Shown here: positions 17,017 to 25,279 of the stretch, one piece after another
Layout of the letters: every line of letters starts with the position of its first letter
Numbering within the stretch: position 1 is the first letter of the stretch
Source: a virus
Lineage: Duplodnaviria > Caudoviricetes
IMG/VR virus record: IMGVR_UViG_3300049171_000076
Span: 1 to 29,158 of that record
Length of the DNA stretch: 29,158 nt
Strand: one strand, 5' to 3'
Notes under the pieces: model-generated
What the model was told of the DNA's origin: nothing
The model's database searches: none
What the model saw: the letters and a program-made list of their open reading frames with translations, nothing else
Translations under genes and position numbers: made by a program

Positions 17017-17705
17017 CCATCTTGTTGTCCGGCATCGTCGGCTCGACCGCCTACGGACTGGCCGGTCCAGACTCCGACGTCGACCGGCTCGGCGTCTATG
17101 CCGTCCCGACCCAAGACCTGTTCGGGCTGCACCCGCAGAAGGAATCCAAGGTCACCACCGACCCGGACGTCACCCTGCACGAGGCCGCCAAGTTCTGCCG
17201 GCTGGCCCTCGGCGGCAACCCCACGATCATGGAACTGCTGTGGCTGCCGGAGGAGCTGTACGAAACTCGATCTGCTCTCGGCGACCGCCTGCTCGACATC
17301 CGTCGCGCGTTCTTGTCGGGCCGCCGAGTTCGTGACGCCTACTTCGGATACGCCAGCCAGCAATTTCACCGGCTGAAGAACCGCGGCGACGGCAGCTTCT
17401 CGGCCGACACTCGAAAGAGGACCGCCAAGCACGCCAGGCACCTGGCCAGGCTGCTTCACCAGGGACGGACCCTCTACGAGACCGGTGAACTGATCATCAG
17501 ACTCGACGACCCGCAAAAGGTCGTCGACTTCGGCGAGCGCGTCGCCTCCGGCGACATCGACGCCGCCGAGGAGTTGCTGGCCCTGACGTCAGGTGCCTTC
17601 GACGCGGCTCGCACGCCGCTGCCGGACAAGCCGGACTCCGACATTGTCGAGTTGTGGCTTCGCGTCGTTCGCGGCCTCCATCTGAACGTGGGGGATCTGA
17701 CGTGA
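17013..17705 (+). CDS. Pol-beta superfamily nucleotidyltransferase (RlaP / YcgL / T4 NrdC.11-like)
   Basis: ATG at 17013 overlaps the initiator stop (ATGA); the track start 16608 is wrong. GS.AYGL..PDSD.D..GVY, KF..LAL.GNP.I.E.LW, Y.GYA..Q and K.A.HL.RLL..G motifs. Confidence 0.9.
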   Translation: MTILLSGIVGSTAYGLAGPDSDVDRLGVYAVPTQDLFGLHPQKESKVTTDPDVTLHEAAKFCRLALGGNPTIMELLWLPEELYETRSALGDRLLDIRRAFLSGRRVRDAYFGYASQQFHRLKNRGDGSFSADTRKRTAKHARHLARLLHQGRTLYETGELIIRLDDPQKVVDFGERVASGDIDAAEELLALTSGAFDAARTPLPDKPDSDIVELWLRVVRGLHLNVGDLT

Positions 17706-17944
17706 GCGCGTACGAGGGCCTGATCATCCGGCACAAGGTCGGCGGCTGCGCGGTCGTCGAGCACGCGCCGGACAAGACCCGGATGACCTTGGAGTTGCTG
17801 ACCCGCCTCAACACCTGCGCGTGCACCATGAACGTCAACCGGGGTGGGATCTGGATCGGTGACACCGCCTACCGGGTGACCGGTTGGGATCCCGAGGCCA
17901 AGTCCTTGATCCTGGAGCGGGCATCAGATCTGGACTTCGCGTGA
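17702..17944 (+). CDS. Hypothetical protein
   Basis: GTG 17702 and TGA 17944 both form GTGA overlaps with neighbouring genes. Confidence 0.65.
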   Translation: MSAYEGLIIRHKVGGCAVVEHAPDKTRMTLELLTRLNTCACTMNVNRGGIWIGDTAYRVTGWDPEAKSLILERASDLDFA

Positions 17945-18600
17945 TCGACCGCGAGATCGACTGGCGGATGCGCTGGAAGTGGTCCTACATCCCCGAAGCC
18001 TTGCGCGGCCTGACCCTGGCCGACTGGCCGCCGCAGAGTGAGGCCGGCCACCGCGCCTTGGCCGCCGCCCGGCATTTCGTCGCCACATTGCCGCAGCGGC
18101 TCCAGTTGGCCGGCGAGAACCTGCCCCGCGAGGACCGCACGCTGGTCGGCGTGGGCATGTCGCTCGTCGGCTCGCACGGTACCGGCAAGACCGAACTCGC
18201 CTGCGGAATCTTGACCGAGGTTGCCTACGCCGGAGCCTCCATCTGCTACGTGCGCGCCGACGATCTCATCACGGCGATGGTCCTGACCGCACGAGACCCC
18301 AAGACCGAGGAGGAGGAGAAGCTCCGCTACCCGGCCGAGATCTTGTGCCGGCGAGTGCGCCTGGCCAGCGTCGCGGTCCTCGACGACCTCGGCAAGGAAC
18401 ACAAGACCGACAGCAAATTTGCGCAACGCAAGATCAACACGCTGCTGCGCGGCCGGCACGGTGCCGCCCGGCCGACGATCGTCACCTCCAACGAGCCGAT
18501 CCCCCGGTGGGTGATCTACGACGACGCGCTGCCCTCCTTCGCTGCCCAAGCCCTGCCCACCACGCTACTGATCGGAGCTGATCTACGTGTCCGCCGATGA
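17941..18600 (+). CDS. DnaC/IstB-like AAA+ helicase loader
   Basis: Walker A GSHGTGKT, Walker B VLDDLGKE, LLR.R....RPTIVTSN; GTG at 17941. Confidence 0.88.
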   Translation: MIDREIDWRMRWKWSYIPEALRGLTLADWPPQSEAGHRALAAARHFVATLPQRLQLAGENLPREDRTLVGVGMSLVGSHGTGKTELACGILTEVAYAGASICYVRADDLITAMVLTARDPKTEEEEKLRYPAEILCRRVRLASVAVLDDLGKEHKTDSKFAQRKINTLLRGRHGAARPTIVTSNEPIPRWVIYDDALPSFAAQALPTTLLIGADLRVRR

Positions 18601-18820
18601 CAAGCAGGAATTTTGGCGCCGAGCCCCCATCACCGAAGAGCAGGCCAAGGATCCGCTGACCGTGGATCGGGCGTGGAAGGCGCTCGAACGCCAACTGCTC
18701 TGGGACATCTGGGAGGCCGGGTACTACACCAGCTTTATCCAGCGTGATCCGATCAGTCAGCATGATCCTCGCCTCGTCGCCACCGCCTTGGGCTTGAGGC
18801 GCTTCGATGCAGGGCGGTGA
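18587..18820 (+). CDS. Hypothetical protein
   Basis: GGAG RBS upstream; tiles between the loader and the next gene with short overlaps. Confidence 0.55.
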   Translation: MSADDKQEFWRRAPITEEQAKDPLTVDRAWKALERQLLWDIWEAGYYTSFIQRDPISQHDPRLVATALGLRRFDAGR

Positions 18821-19268
18821 CATCTCCAACGTCGGCCCGCCGACGATCATCGTGGTCTTCGACGACCTGATCGGCCACCGCCGTCCAGGCCTGCCACCTG
18901 AGCCCTCGACCCCCGGCCAGAGATGGCGTGAACGGCTCCGGATCGGGCGCACAATCACCCCGGACACCCACTGGGACCTGGATCCGATCGTCGTGAGTGT
19001 CCTTCAGCGGCTGTTCATCATGGGCCGCCTCACCATCGACATCGTCACCTTCGTCCCTGAAGTTCGCGAGATCGACGATCTCCTGTCCGCCGCCGAGGTG
19101 CCATGCGGGGGCGTGACCTACTGCGCCCCCGACCAGTTAGCCCGCCGCCTGGCTTACCGCCCTGACGTCACCGCGGTCTATCACCCCTACCCCGAGCACG
19201 GCTGGAAGTACGGCTCTCGCGGGCGCACCGTCACCCCGGACCTGCGTACCAAGATCGGCATGATGTAA
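18807..19268 (+). CDS. Hypothetical protein, possibly a degenerate HAD-like fold
   Basis: IIVVFDDLIG resembles HAD motif I without an intact DxD; abuts the DnaB start. Confidence 0.6.
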   Translation: MQGGDISNVGPPTIIVVFDDLIGHRRPGLPPEPSTPGQRWRERLRIGRTITPDTHWDLDPIVVSVLQRLFIMGRLTIDIVTFVPEVREIDDLLSAAEVPCGGVTYCAPDQLARRLAYRPDVTAVYHPYPEHGWKYGSRGRTVTPDLRTKIGMM

Positions 19269-20531
19269 GTGGACTACCCTCGCCATCTGATCTCCCACAC
19301 GGTCAAGACCGGGGACATCGCCACGGCGCTGGACGCCGGAATCCGGCCGGAATGGATCGCCGACTTCGAGGCCGGCCGCGTCTGGCGGTACCTGGTGGAG
19401 TACCAGACCAAGTACGGCAAGCCGCCCACCTCCGAAGTCCTGTCGGCTGAGTACCCCACCTACACCCTGCTCACCGACCCCGAACCCATCGGCTACGTCG
19501 TCGACAAGCTGCGCGCCATGCGAGCCATGTCGATGCTGGAAGCCTCGCTCGATCAGGCCGTCGGCTACCTGGAGCGCAGCGACGTCGACGGCGTCCAAGC
19601 CGAATTGTCCAGCGTGCTGGCAGCGCTGGCGGCCGAGTTGCCCAGGACGACCGATGTCGACATCACGCAGACCGGTACCGCTCGCATGGAGCGCTACATC
19701 GCGGCCGGTAAACGTGACGGCGCCATGGTCGGGATCCCCACCGGATTCGAGCGGCTCAACGAGGCTCTGGGCGGATTCCGGCCTGAGCAACTGATCGTGA
19801 TGGTCGGGCCGCCCAAGGCGGGCAAGTCGACCCTGCTGCTCGTCGCGGCGCTCGCGGCGCACGCCGCCTACAAGAAGCCCCTGCTGGTGGGCTTTGAGAT
19901 GTCCGGAGTCGAGCAGGAGGAGCGGATCGACGCGCTGCGCGCTCATGTTTCGGCCAACGACCTGCGCGACGGTCGGCTGAACCCGACAGATATACGCAAG
20001 GTCGAGCGGGCCACCCGCCAGATGGAGGCGATGGTCCCGTTCTACCTGTCGACCGACACCACCGCCTCCAGCACCCTGTCCGGGCTCGTGGCCAAGGCCC
20101 AGCAGCTCAAGCCCGACATCTTGCTGGTCGACGGGGTCTACATGATGGCCGATGAGCAGGGTGAGAAGCCGAACTCGCCGCAGGCGCTCACCAATATCAG
20201 CCGTGGGTTCAAGCGTGCGGGCCAGGCGTTGAAGATCCCCATCGTGATCACCACGCAGGTGCTGCTGTCGAAAATGATCGGCGGTGAAGTCACCGTCCAG
20301 TCCATCGGCTACAGCTCGGCCTTCGGTCAGGACGCCGACGCGGTGATCGCGGTCGAACCGACCCGCGAGCACGACATCTTCAAGGTCAAATATCTGATGG
20401 GTCGGACCGTGGCCCCCTTCTCCTTTTTCGTCCGACGCGACTGGAAGGGCGGCTACATCACCGAGCTCGCCTACGACCCGTTCGGCGAAGAGGACTTCGC
20501 CGAGGACGATCTTGTCGATGCGCGCTTCTAG
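19269..20531 (+). CDS. dnaB: DnaB-like replicative helicase (SF4)
   Basis: GIPTGF..LN...GG.RP.QLIV..G.PK.GKS, FEMS, LVDG.Y.M, IS..FK......IPI....Q and S.AF.QDAD.VI. Confidence 0.93.
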   Translation: MDYPRHLISHTVKTGDIATALDAGIRPEWIADFEAGRVWRYLVEYQTKYGKPPTSEVLSAEYPTYTLLTDPEPIGYVVDKLRAMRAMSMLEASLDQAVGYLERSDVDGVQAELSSVLAALAAELPRTTDVDITQTGTARMERYIAAGKRDGAMVGIPTGFERLNEALGGFRPEQLIVMVGPPKAGKSTLLLVAALAAHAAYKKPLLVGFEMSGVEQEERIDALRAHVSANDLRDGRLNPTDIRKVERATRQMEAMVPFYLSTDTTASSTLSGLVAKAQQLKPDILLVDGVYMMADEQGEKPNSPQALTNISRGFKRAGQALKIPIVITTQVLLSKMIGGEVTVQSIGYSSAFGQDADAVIAVEPTREHDIFKVKYLMGRTVAPFSFFVRRDWKGGYITELAYDPFGEEDFAEDDLVDARF

Positions 20532-21480
20532 GCACCTGCCGATTCCGGGAGACGTCCAGTCCGCGTTGGAAAAGCTCGGGCTGACGGTCACCCGAGTCGA
20601 CGGCGACGAGCTCTACACCCACTGCCCGGCCCACGAGGCGCTGCTGGGCAAGGCGGACCGCAGCCCCTCCTTCTCGGTCAACGCCGAGACGGGACTGTGC
20701 TTCTGCTTCTCCTGCCACTACGGCGGAAGCTGGGTCAAGTTCGCGGCCGACATGCTGGACGCCACCGAGGGTGAAGCCGTCGCCTGGACCCGCGCGCAGG
20801 GCACGCTCGGAGCCTCCAAGAGACGCCTGGACCGTTTGAAGGCAGACCACGATCAGGTGGTCCCGGTGGTGTCACGCGCCGCTCTGGCGCTGTGTGAGCC
20901 GCCCACACCGCAGATGCTGGCCGGCCGCGGTATCACCGCCGAGGCGGCTGCCGCCTTCGGGGTGCTACGCGAGGGCGCGGCCTGGATCCTGCCGATCCGC
21001 GCCACGGACGGCCGGCTGATGGGCTGGCAGGTCAAGGACGGCGGCTACGTCCGTAACCGGCCCGCCGATGTGGTGCTCAAGGGAGAGTCGATCTTCGGGG
21101 TGCATCTGCCGCCGCGCCGGGTCGTGGTCGTGGTCGAGTCGCCGCTGGACGCCGTGCGGATTCATGGCCTGGACTGGGATCGGTTCGGTGTGCCAGCTCC
21201 GGCCGTGCGGGCAGTGTTCGGCAGCAAGGCGAGCGGAACCCAACTCGATCTGCTGGCCGCCAGCGGTGAGCGGGTCGTCTCCTTCCACGATCATGATCCG
21301 GCCGGCTGGTCCATGGCCAAGGCGATGTACGCCGCCTTTCGGGCGCGTGGCCGACTCATGCTCACGGTCACCTATGACGGGTTGCCTCGTGACGTCGACC
21401 CCGGTGACTTGACCGACGAGCAGATCGTGGCGCAGATCGGCGCGGCTGTCTCTCCGGTGCGCCGGAGGTGGCGTTGCTGA
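20518..21480 (+). CDS. DNA primase (CHC2 zinc finger + TOPRIM)
   Basis: CPAH...D..PSFSVN...G...CFSC; VVVES.LDA; D.D.AG; DPGD. Start is ATG 20518 or TTG 20512. Confidence 0.9.
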   Translation: MRASRHLPIPGDVQSALEKLGLTVTRVDGDELYTHCPAHEALLGKADRSPSFSVNAETGLCFCFSCHYGGSWVKFAADMLDATEGEAVAWTRAQGTLGASKRRLDRLKADHDQVVPVVSRAALALCEPPTPQMLAGRGITAEAAAAFGVLREGAAWILPIRATDGRLMGWQVKDGGYVRNRPADVVLKGESIFGVHLPPRRVVVVVESPLDAVRIHGLDWDRFGVPAPAVRAVFGSKASGTQLDLLAASGERVVSFHDHDPAGWSMAKAMYAAFRARGRLMLTVTYDGLPRDVDPGDLTDEQIVAQIGAAVSPVRRRWRC

Positions 21481-23084
21481 CCGTCGACCTGTACCCCTAC
21501 CAGGATCCGGCCGTGGGGATGCTGTTGGAGCGCGGCAACCTGTTGATGGCGATGGACATGGGGTTGGGCAAGACCGTGACCACCATCGCCGCAGCCGAGC
21601 ATCTGCTGGGTGAGGACCTGGTGTCCACGGTGCTCATCTGCGCGCCGACCGGGCTTCTGTATCAGTGGGCCGCCGCCATCGCCGCCGCCACGGACGTGGA
21701 GACCCGGCTGCGCCGGCTGAAATCCAAGACGATCCAGGTGCCGACCGAGAAGTGGTGCGTGGTCGTCGACGGCACGCCGGAGCGGAAGCGCCGGCAGATC
21801 GCACAGATCAAGGCCTCGCCGCCGCAGTACGTCATCGCCAGCTATGCCACGGTGGCGGACTACGTGCCCCTGGTCTCGCGCCTGGCGCAGATGGTGGCCA
21901 TCGACGAGGCCACGGTGCTCAAGGGGTTCAAATCGGCACGGTCCAAGGCCTTGTCCCGGCTGCAGGTGCCGTGGCGCGTCGCCTTGACCGGCGATCCGGT
22001 GGAGAACGATAAGCCGGAGGAGATGTGGGGCATCATGCGCTGGGTCGACCCCGAGCTGCTGGGCAGCTTCCGTGACTTTGAGCAGGCCCACATCCGACGC
22101 GATGTTGTCGGCCGGCCTGTGCGGTACGTGGACTTGCACGGGCTGCAGGCGAAGCTGTCGCCGGCCATGTACCGCAAGCGGACGACGGACCCGGATGTCG
22201 CCGGGTTCGTTCCGGGTGTGAAAAAGGACGTCTGGCGTGTAAACCTCGATCGGGAGACACTCGTCGTATACAAGCGACTACTACGCGATTTAGGTGAGGA
22301 GCTGTCGCGCCTCGGCGGCCAGGCCGAATGGGACATCGATGCGTACTACAGCGGGATGGACGAAGGGAGTGGACCGGGCCGGGTCGGCGGGATTCAGGTT
22401 GCGGCACAGATGCTTGTGGATCATCCGCAACTCGTCCGCAACGCGGCGTTGAAGTTTTCCCAAAACCAAAACTCTGACCGAAACTCTAGGCCCCCTTACG
22501 TGGTGCGCCTGGCGGACTCAGGCGTGCTAGAAAACCTCACATCAACCCCCAAACTGGACATTCTGTCACGCAAAGTGATCACCATCCTGACCGACCCCGC
22601 CAGCAAGGTCATCGTGGTCACGAGGTTTCGCGGCATGATCCCGATCCTCGAAAAGACCTTCGAATCCTTTGGGGTCACGCGCTTCGACGGCACCATGAGC
22701 CGCACCGCCAAGGCCGAGTCGGCGGCGCGGTTCAACCAGGATTCGGACACGCCCGTCATGGTCATGACGCACGCGGGGGCCTACGGGCTTGACCTGCCGT
22801 CGGCCACCCACTTGATCAACTACGACCCCGCCAGAAGCTCCGGGCAACGTAAGCAGATCGACGCACGACACGTCCGCGCGGGTTCTTCCCACCAGACGGT
22901 AAACGTTGTAGACCTGATCGCTGTAGGGACCATCGAGGAGTGGGCCTACGACCTCCTCGCGTGGAAGAGCCGAGTCGCCTCCGCGATCACCGACGGTGAT
23001 GGCATTGGGGAGCACGGGGTCATCAAGAACGCCCGCAAGCCGCTGACCAGGTACATCGCAGAAATTTTGGGCGATTCCTGCTAG
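21468..23084 (+). CDS. SNF2-family helicase/translocase
   Basis: LYPYQ, DMGLGKT, DEA..LK, LTG.P.EN, AG..GL.L..A..LINYD and GTIEE motifs. Confidence 0.92.
   Translation: MALLTVDLYPYQDPAVGMLLERGNLLMAMDMGLGKTVTTIAAAEHLLGEDLVSTVLICAPTGLLYQWAAAIAAATDVETRLRRLKSKTIQVPTEKWCVVVDGTPERKRRQIAQIKASPPQYVIASYATVADYVPLVSRLAQMVAIDEATVLKGFKSARSKALSRLQVPWRVALTGDPVENDKPEEMWGIMRWVDPELLGSFRDFEQAHIRRDVVGRPVRYVDLHGLQAKLSPAMYRKRTTDPDVAGFVPGVKKDVWRVNLDRETLVVYKRLLRDLGEELSRLGGQAEWDIDAYYSGMDEGSGPGRVGGIQVAAQMLVDHPQLVRNAALKFSQNQNSDRNSRPPYVVRLADSGVLENLTSTPKLDILSRKVITILTDPASKVIVVTRFRGMIPILEKTFESFGVTRFDGTMSRTAKAESAARFNQDSDTPVMVMTHAGAYGLDLPSATHLINYDPARSSGQRKQIDARHVRAGSSHQTVNVVDLIAVGTIEEWAYDLLAWKSRVASAITDGDGIGEHGVIKNARKPLTRYIAEILGDSC
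22453..22487. promoter_or_regulatory. Intragenic copy of the ACCAAAACT-N4-CCGAAACTCT motif
   Basis: ACCAAAACTCTGACCGAAACTCT at 22465-22487 matches 15806-15828 at 20 of 23 positions; preceded by inverted AGTTTT at 22453. Confidence 0.45.
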
Positions 23085-23203
23085 ATCAGCCGCTAGTGTC
23101 CCAATCGTTACCGTGACACTTTTAGGCCCTGCCAAAACTGGGTAAAAACTCAGCTATTGTCGGTTCTGTACCAAGAATCACTGCAGACGGGGCAGTACCT
23201 CCA
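23085..23203 (+). promoter_or_regulatory. AT-richer intergenic region, probable promoter/operator for the downstream replication genes
   Basis: CCAAAACT-GGG-TAAAAACT at 23132-23150; -10-like TATTGT at 23155-23160; inverted repeat AGTGTC/GACACT at 23095-23120. Confidence 0.45.
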
Positions 23204-23668
23204 GTGCACACCAGGAATGACGACGACCCTGAAGGGTCCACATACGACCAAAGGGAAGTCCACGACCTGGCACGCCAGAAGTTCGCGCTCGACCAGCAAT
23301 ACGAAGCACTCGGCCGCCGCCGCGCCACCCTGCGCGACCGCATGCTGGAGGCTGTCAGGGCACATGGCCAGCAGGACCGCAACGGGAACCTGCACCTCAC
23401 CCTGGTTGACGAGATCCCGGTCGGCGACAAACGAGCTACGGGACTCCATATTCGCCGATCCGCCCGCCACAGCTTCGACGAGGACGCAGCACGTGCCCTC
23501 GCCGAACGTAAGGGCATCCTCGACCTCGTCCAGCGCGCCGAGACCACCACCTACATCGACCAGGACGCGCTCTGGCAATGCCAGCAGCAGGGCCTCGTCG
23601 ACGCCGAGGATCTCGACGCACTCATCACCACGACATACACAGCTCAACTATGGGGGACGTATCGATGA
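23204..23668 (+). CDS. Hypothetical phage protein (N-terminal coiled coil; loosely Gam/gp157-like)
   Basis: Coding-like codon pattern; ATGA overlap with the next gene; start uncertain. Confidence 0.65.
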   Translation: MHTRNDDDPEGSTYDQREVHDLARQKFALDQQYEALGRRRATLRDRMLEAVRAHGQQDRNGNLHLTLVDEIPVGDKRATGLHIRRSARHSFDEDAARALAERKGILDLVQRAETTTYIDQDALWQCQQQGLVDAEDLDALITTTYTAQLWGTYR

Positions 23669-24159
23669 CGACCGATCCCACGACCGTAGAAGTTTTTCCC
23701 TGGCGCGCAGCGCCTACCAACCCCCATATAGACCGCGCCGACACTGACGTTGAGCGCCTCGGACTGCTTGCGACGAAGGTCTACGAGGTCAGGCTGAGCC
23801 CCTCACTCCCCCTTCAGAGCATGCGATTCCACAGCATCGGTGACCTGGGCATCATGATGGGCCGCAGCCCCGTCACGATGCGCAAGTGGGAGATGGACAA
23901 GCTCCTGCCGCGAACTCCGTTCATCATCCCCCTGCACGACTCGCCCCTGGAGCGGGACGACCAGGACGCGCCGGGCCGCCGCCTCTACACACCTCGCATG
24001 ACTCTGGGCGTCGTCGCCATCGCGCGTGAAGAGGGCGTGCTGGAGATGTACGCCAAGCCAGTCGGCAAGACGAAGTTCACGACCAAGGTCGCCACGCTGT
24101 TCGAGCAGGAACTGGAGTACGAGATCAGCCTCCAGACGCAGACCTTGCAGGTGGCCTGA
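23665..24159 (+). CDS. MerR-like HTH DNA-binding protein
   Basis: ATG 23665; SIGDL...MGRS.VT.RKWE...LLP......RRLYT is a MerR-type HTH and wing. Confidence 0.78.
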   Translation: MTTDPTTVEVFPWRAAPTNPHIDRADTDVERLGLLATKVYEVRLSPSLPLQSMRFHSIGDLGIMMGRSPVTMRKWEMDKLLPRTPFIIPLHDSPLERDDQDAPGRRLYTPRMTLGVVAIAREEGVLEMYAKPVGKTKFTTKVATLFEQELEYEISLQTQTLQVA

Positions 24160-24437
24160 TGCGGGTCAGCGTCAGTAAGCACATCATCATCAACGGCGGC
24201 CGATACAACAGCCTGCGCCTCGAAGCGACAGTCGAACTCACCGACGAAGATCTCGACTACGACGACGACGACCAGCGCGACCCTATCGACGTCGGCCTCG
24301 ACCGAGCGATGACCGCAGTCAACGACGCACTCGGTCCTGAACTCGAACTCATCAAGCAAAACCAAATCGCGGAAGACCACCAGTGGATCACCCGCGTCAT
24401 CAAGACGATCACCGCAGACCAGGGGGAAATCCCATGA
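24159..24437 (+). CDS. Small acidic hypothetical protein
   Basis: TGATG coupling upstream and ATGA coupling downstream. Confidence 0.7.
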   Translation: MRVSVSKHIIINGGRYNSLRLEATVELTDEDLDYDDDDQRDPIDVGLDRAMTAVNDALGPELELIKQNQIAEDHQWITRVIKTITADQGEIP

Positions 24438-25183
24438 GCACCATCCGTCGCTCAGCCGCGACCGACGACGGTCCTACCACCCGTCATCTCCGCCCGCCCG
24501 GCCGATCCGACTCCCCCGCTCCCCTGCGCCGTGTCGGCGCTCCGGGCGCCGGGATCAAGGCCCTGCTCAAGAAGCACGCCACCACCCGCACGGGCGCGTA
24601 CCCCGAGTTCAAGCCGGACGAGACCGAGCGCGTCGTGCAGATGATCGACGACGACATGATCGCCGGTTATTATTTCCATTGGATCGAGGAAGCTGACGGC
24701 CGAAAGAGCTTCCTGTGCCTGGCCAACCCGTCGGAGGATAACTTCATCGGCGGCGACGGCGAGCGCGGCTGCCCGCTCTGCGAATGCGCCAAGATCACCA
24801 AGGCTCCGCAGTTCCGGGCAATCTTCAACGTCGTAGAGGTCGCCGATTGGGACAAGAAGCACCCCGAGGTCGCCGTCCTGGAGACGGGCGTAACCTTGGC
24901 CGGCCTCATCGCTGACGCCGCCGAGAGCTCGCGCTCCGGTCCGATCAACCGCGAGGACATCGCTTTCGCGGTCAAGCGGACCTCCAGCGGCGAGGGCGCA
25001 AAGAAGAAGTACACCTTCCAGTTCAACCCGCTCAAGGCCAGGGACCTCGAAGAGGACTATGGCGTCCAGGCCCTCACCGATGAGCAGCGCGCCGACCTGC
25101 TGGCCAAGCGCTACGACGCCTCCATCGTCAAGACCGACACCTATGAGGACCTGGTCGCTCTGGTCGAAGACCTGTACGGCTGA
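24434..25183 (+). CDS. T4 gp32-like single-stranded DNA-binding protein
   Basis: ATG 24434 with GGGGG RBS; HW.....KSF.CL......CPLC (His+3Cys zinc site), FNV and V.R.G.G.K..Y; directly upstream of the polymerase. Confidence 0.75.
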   Translation: MSTIRRSAATDDGPTTRHLRPPGRSDSPAPLRRVGAPGAGIKALLKKHATTRTGAYPEFKPDETERVVQMIDDDMIAGYYFHWIEEADGRKSFLCLANPSEDNFIGGDGERGCPLCECAKITKAPQFRAIFNVVEVADWDKKHPEVAVLETGVTLAGLIADAAESSRSGPINREDIAFAVKRTSSGEGAKKKYTFQFNPLKARDLEEDYGVQALTDEQRADLLAKRYDASIVKTDTYEDLVALVEDLYG

Positions 25184-25279
25184 ACGTCTCCTCCCACAGA
25201 CTGGGCGGCTTCCACGCACCCGACCGGTGCACTTTGACCACGTGGGGGCCGCCCTTCTCGTACCCGAAAGTCCCCGCTC

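Noticed and set aside
19137-20591. Long antisense ORFs (484 aa opposite dnaB; also 24452..25714, 1252..2274, 25964..26944, 6510..7454, 11717..12652)
   Set aside because: Typical shadow ORFs of high-GC3 genes; they mirror well-supported plus-strand genes and show no motifs.
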